Positions 60,821 through 64,000 of a stretch of DNA of 64,000 nt are shown here, piece after piece. The stretch lies in the NCBI GenBank assembly GCA_963693365.1, contig CAVNZM010000001.1:14246418-14310417 (forward strand), read 5' to 3'. Each line of letters opens with the position of its first letter. Within the stretch, counting starts at the first letter, position 1. The notes below the pieces were generated by a model. The model was not told where the DNA came from and did not search any database. It worked only from the letters and a program-made list of their open reading frames with translations. This stretch comes from Amoebidium appalachense (lineage: Eukaryota > Protista > Ichthyosporea). Position numbers and translations under genes: made by a program.

Positions 60821-61850
60821 GCATTGGGCCGAGACCGGCGGATCGGGGTTGATATCGGTTTCGTTGGGTGATACGGTTGGAACCCGTCATGCTCTGGACT
60901 AATTTCCTGTTTGTGGGGTTGGGCAAGGGGGGACAGGGGTCAAAGATACATGCACACACACACACAGGCACGCACATGCACACACAGGCACAGACGTGAA
61001 CATGCACATGCGCGCACACACGCATGCATGCATGCATGCATACACGTACACACTATCACAATGTCAAGTCAGTTTGTTGTGTTTGTATCAAGTGTAATCA
61101 TCCTGCTCGTGTGCACTTCATTCGCCACCTTCAGAGATATGCCCTGGCAGTGCCCGTCGTCCCAAGGATTGCCTGTCTATGGCTGTGTGCTATCAGAATC
61201 AAAGTAGCTATTCGTGTCTGTGTGAAATTTAGTGTACAACAGATGTTTGATGTTAGTCGAGTCTTCTAGGTGTTTTTAAAATATATTTCTGGGTTACACC
61301 CTACACCGTTATTTGATTAGGTAGTGGGAGTCAGTTATTTCATGGTCGTGTCTGGTTTGTGTTTGATTTCGATGGACGAAGAAACATGTAGGCAGTTTGT
61401 TGCAGGTTTTGTCTTTCTATTGATGTATGTGTAGTAGTTGAACCACCCTTCCATGCTAGCGCTTTGCAAGTCTTGAAGGCTGTCAATTATATGGAGGCGT
61501 TAGGCGCTCTCCTCAGTGTGAGAGGTGGTCTTTGCCACCCAGAGCTTCATTCAACAATACCATCACAAAATGTGAACGAGCTTTGAACTATGGTGCAGAT
61601 CAGGGCCCCCCTCTTTCACTCTCAAAAGGTTTTGCTCACGCATATACACAGTCTCTTGCTGTAATATGTGCACGTACAAGTGCACACGTGTGTGCGTGTG
61701 TATGTGTGCATGTGCAGCAATCACCTGTGTCCGTGTGCCTGTGATAGCCAGTGTATTTTCTTGTGCTTGTGTACAAAAGTTTGTCGCTTTTTGTCATTAT
61801 TTATTTTTATTTTTATTCTTTTTTTTTTCTTTTTTTTTTTTTTTTTGGGG

Positions 61851-61883
<33 letters not shown>

Positions 61884-62106
61884 GCATGTGAAATGGTGAC
61901 CTGTAGCCTCACGTGCATACACTTATATTTTGGTTTACACACACCCTGTCATGTGGGGCAGTTCGATTTGTACTGTGCTCGTACGACTGACATCTCATCC
62001 ATCAACATAGGACACCAGTACAGCACTGATGATGAAAGTTCCACCCGAGTCTATGCTATAGCTATTTCTACAAACCATCCCCCCCCCCCCCCCCCCCCCC
62101 CCAAAC

Positions 62107-62149
<43 letters not shown>

Positions 62150-63500
62150 ACCACCACCACCACCACCACCACCACCACCACCAAAAAAAGAAAAGAAAAA
62201 GAAAAAGAAAAAGAAGAAAAGAAAGAAGAAAAGAAAAAAATTACAACCACCACCAAAAGAGAGAGAGAGAAAGACACACACAGAGAGAGAGAGAGGGGGG
62301 GGAGGGGGGGGGGGAGATAGAGAGAGAGAGAAGGGGGGGGGGAGAGAGGGGGGGGAGGAGGGGGGGAGGGGGGGAGAGAGGGGGGAGGGGGGGGGGGGGG
62401 GAGAGAGAGAGGGAGAGAGAGAGATGGGGGGGGGGGGGGGGGGGGGGGGGAAGGGAGGGAGCTCCGAGGGAGAGAAAGAGAGATAGAGAGCGAGAGGGAG
62501 AGAAAAAGAAAACTAAAGAAAAAACAAAGAAACAACTTAAGAAGTGTGCCTATCTCAAAAAGCAAAACAGCCTAGGGTGGACAATTCAACTCGCATTCTT
62601 TCTCATGGCATTCAACAGTGCTCCAACTACGCCCATTTCAACTTCCTGTGCATTTTCCGTTCTCGTGCAAGACATGTCATTTAGCTTAGGGGGGTTTTCC
62701 CCACTTCTCCCAAAACAAGCCAAACACTTGGTACCTAAATACGGTTATGTCACCCCAATTTTGGGGAATCCACCTTAACCCCTGCCTACTCATGTCCACA
62801 ACACGACTATTGCGTGGTGTGCCAAACGCCGCATCAAACTACGGAATGTGAATTGTCAGCTTTTCTTTCCATATATGCGCTAGCTAGGGTACAGGTGTAT
62901 GCCTGCAACCAGACCTTTCATGGCTTGGATTCGATAAAACACGCAATGCCTTCTTACATGCATTACATACCACAGGCTTCAATAAGGGGTCCTCCTCTGC
63001 TTCTCTTTGGATGCCCAGCACCTGAAAGCCACATTTCTCAGATGATCTCTGACCAACCAGCAGGCCACGTTCGCCCAATCACCCAGCTGCAGGTCAAGCA
63101 AGAAAGATAAACAAGAAAGACAGACAGCGGCAGGCACAACCATGCTCGTGATCACATGCACAACCACATGCATTCCACACATCCTTACGTGTTTATACGT
63201 AGTTTCGGCCCACATGGAACATGATGCCTGCTGCGGCCAAAGCCACATCGAAATTCGTATTTTTGTGCGGGCCACTGTATCTCCCTATTGACGTATGTAC
63301 CCATGCATGTCCCCCCCCCCCCCCCCCCCCCTCCCCCCCCCCCCCCCCCCCCCCCCCCGCCACCCACTCCCTCCCTGCCTCCCTCCCCATTAAAAACCTG
63401 GGTGCCTTAAGCCTTACTAAGTATGTCAGAGTGTCAAGACTTAAGTCGTCATCATATATGACGTCACACTGATTTGCTACCATATGTCTGTGTGTGTGTG

Positions 63501-63533
<33 letters not shown>

Positions 63534-64000
63534 AATAAAAAATCACGTTTTGTTCCCGGAGGGCCTTTACAGGCCCACAAGGGAACTACCCTTTCCCGCA
63601 CGGCACCGACAGTACCCTGGTTAGGCTAGCAATATGCCTAGTTAGACTAAACCTATCGTTATCTATCCTAACCATTAGTACACACTTTGCCCAGGATTAC
63701 TACCCCAGCCACTCCGGTAGAGGCACCAGTCCTCCGGGCCCTCCAATCAAATCCTACAATTAAACGTCAATCACGGGCTCTCATTGTTGATCTGCGGTAG
63801 CGGAATGTCCGGTGGTGTATGTGTGTCATCTACGGTGGTAGGGGTGTATGATGGGGTGGGGTGATGGGTGGGGGGTTGCTTCCTAATAGAATGCGGTCTT
63901 GTACATATTTGGTGGCTATGACATTATTATGGGCTAGGGTTTTCGGGTTGCAAAGATCTGCGGGTCTGTGTGTGTGCCGGCAGTCGGGCCATGCTGACCG
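63501..64000 (-). mobile_element. 3' end of a second, related LINE (runs off the window)
   Basis: ORF end DCRHTHRPADLC...IATKYVQDRILLGSNP aligns with copy 1 (ECRNTHRPGVPC...IATTYVHQHIMLGSNP). 3' UTR blocks are shared (atcacgttttgttcccggag, gcaccgacagtac, agtacacactttgcccagg, tactaccccagccac, gggctctcatt). Poly(A) tail is seen as a T run at 63501-63529. Confidence 0.88.

Overview
Eukaryotic, intron-rich genomic DNA with GT-AG introns full of poly(G)/poly(C) tracts and (CA)n/(GA)n microsatellites. Most ORFs in the six-frame track are artefacts of these repeats. Gene content (syntenin-like tandem PDZ, FAM193-like, Miro with animal-like early intron positions) suggests a unicellular holozoan/opisthokont; this is inference only. 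Reconstructed by hand: (1) intronless secreted PL14-like polysaccharide lyase (3661-4962, -); (2) 3-exon TP53I11/PIG11-like membrane protein (6922-9587, -); (3) 3-exon syntenin-like 2xPDZ protein (14064-15905, +); (4) multi-exon probable pseudogene with a TRANK1-like segment and several in-frame stops (17696-22949, -); (5) 5'-truncated non-LTR retrotransposon (RT, long unknown insert, RNase H, Zn knuckles) with a perfect 15-bp TSD (24183-28080, -), plus the 3' end of a related element at the window end; (6) complete 22-exon Miro GTPase gene (29200-47655, -; 642 aa); (7) large FAM193-like gene (about 53345-60820, +) with an unexplained frame change. The most unusual signal is a family of 60-150 bp intronic elements that abut or sit in poly(G) tracts and keep one orientation relative to host-gene transcription. 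Family assignments come from recalled motifs, not database searches.
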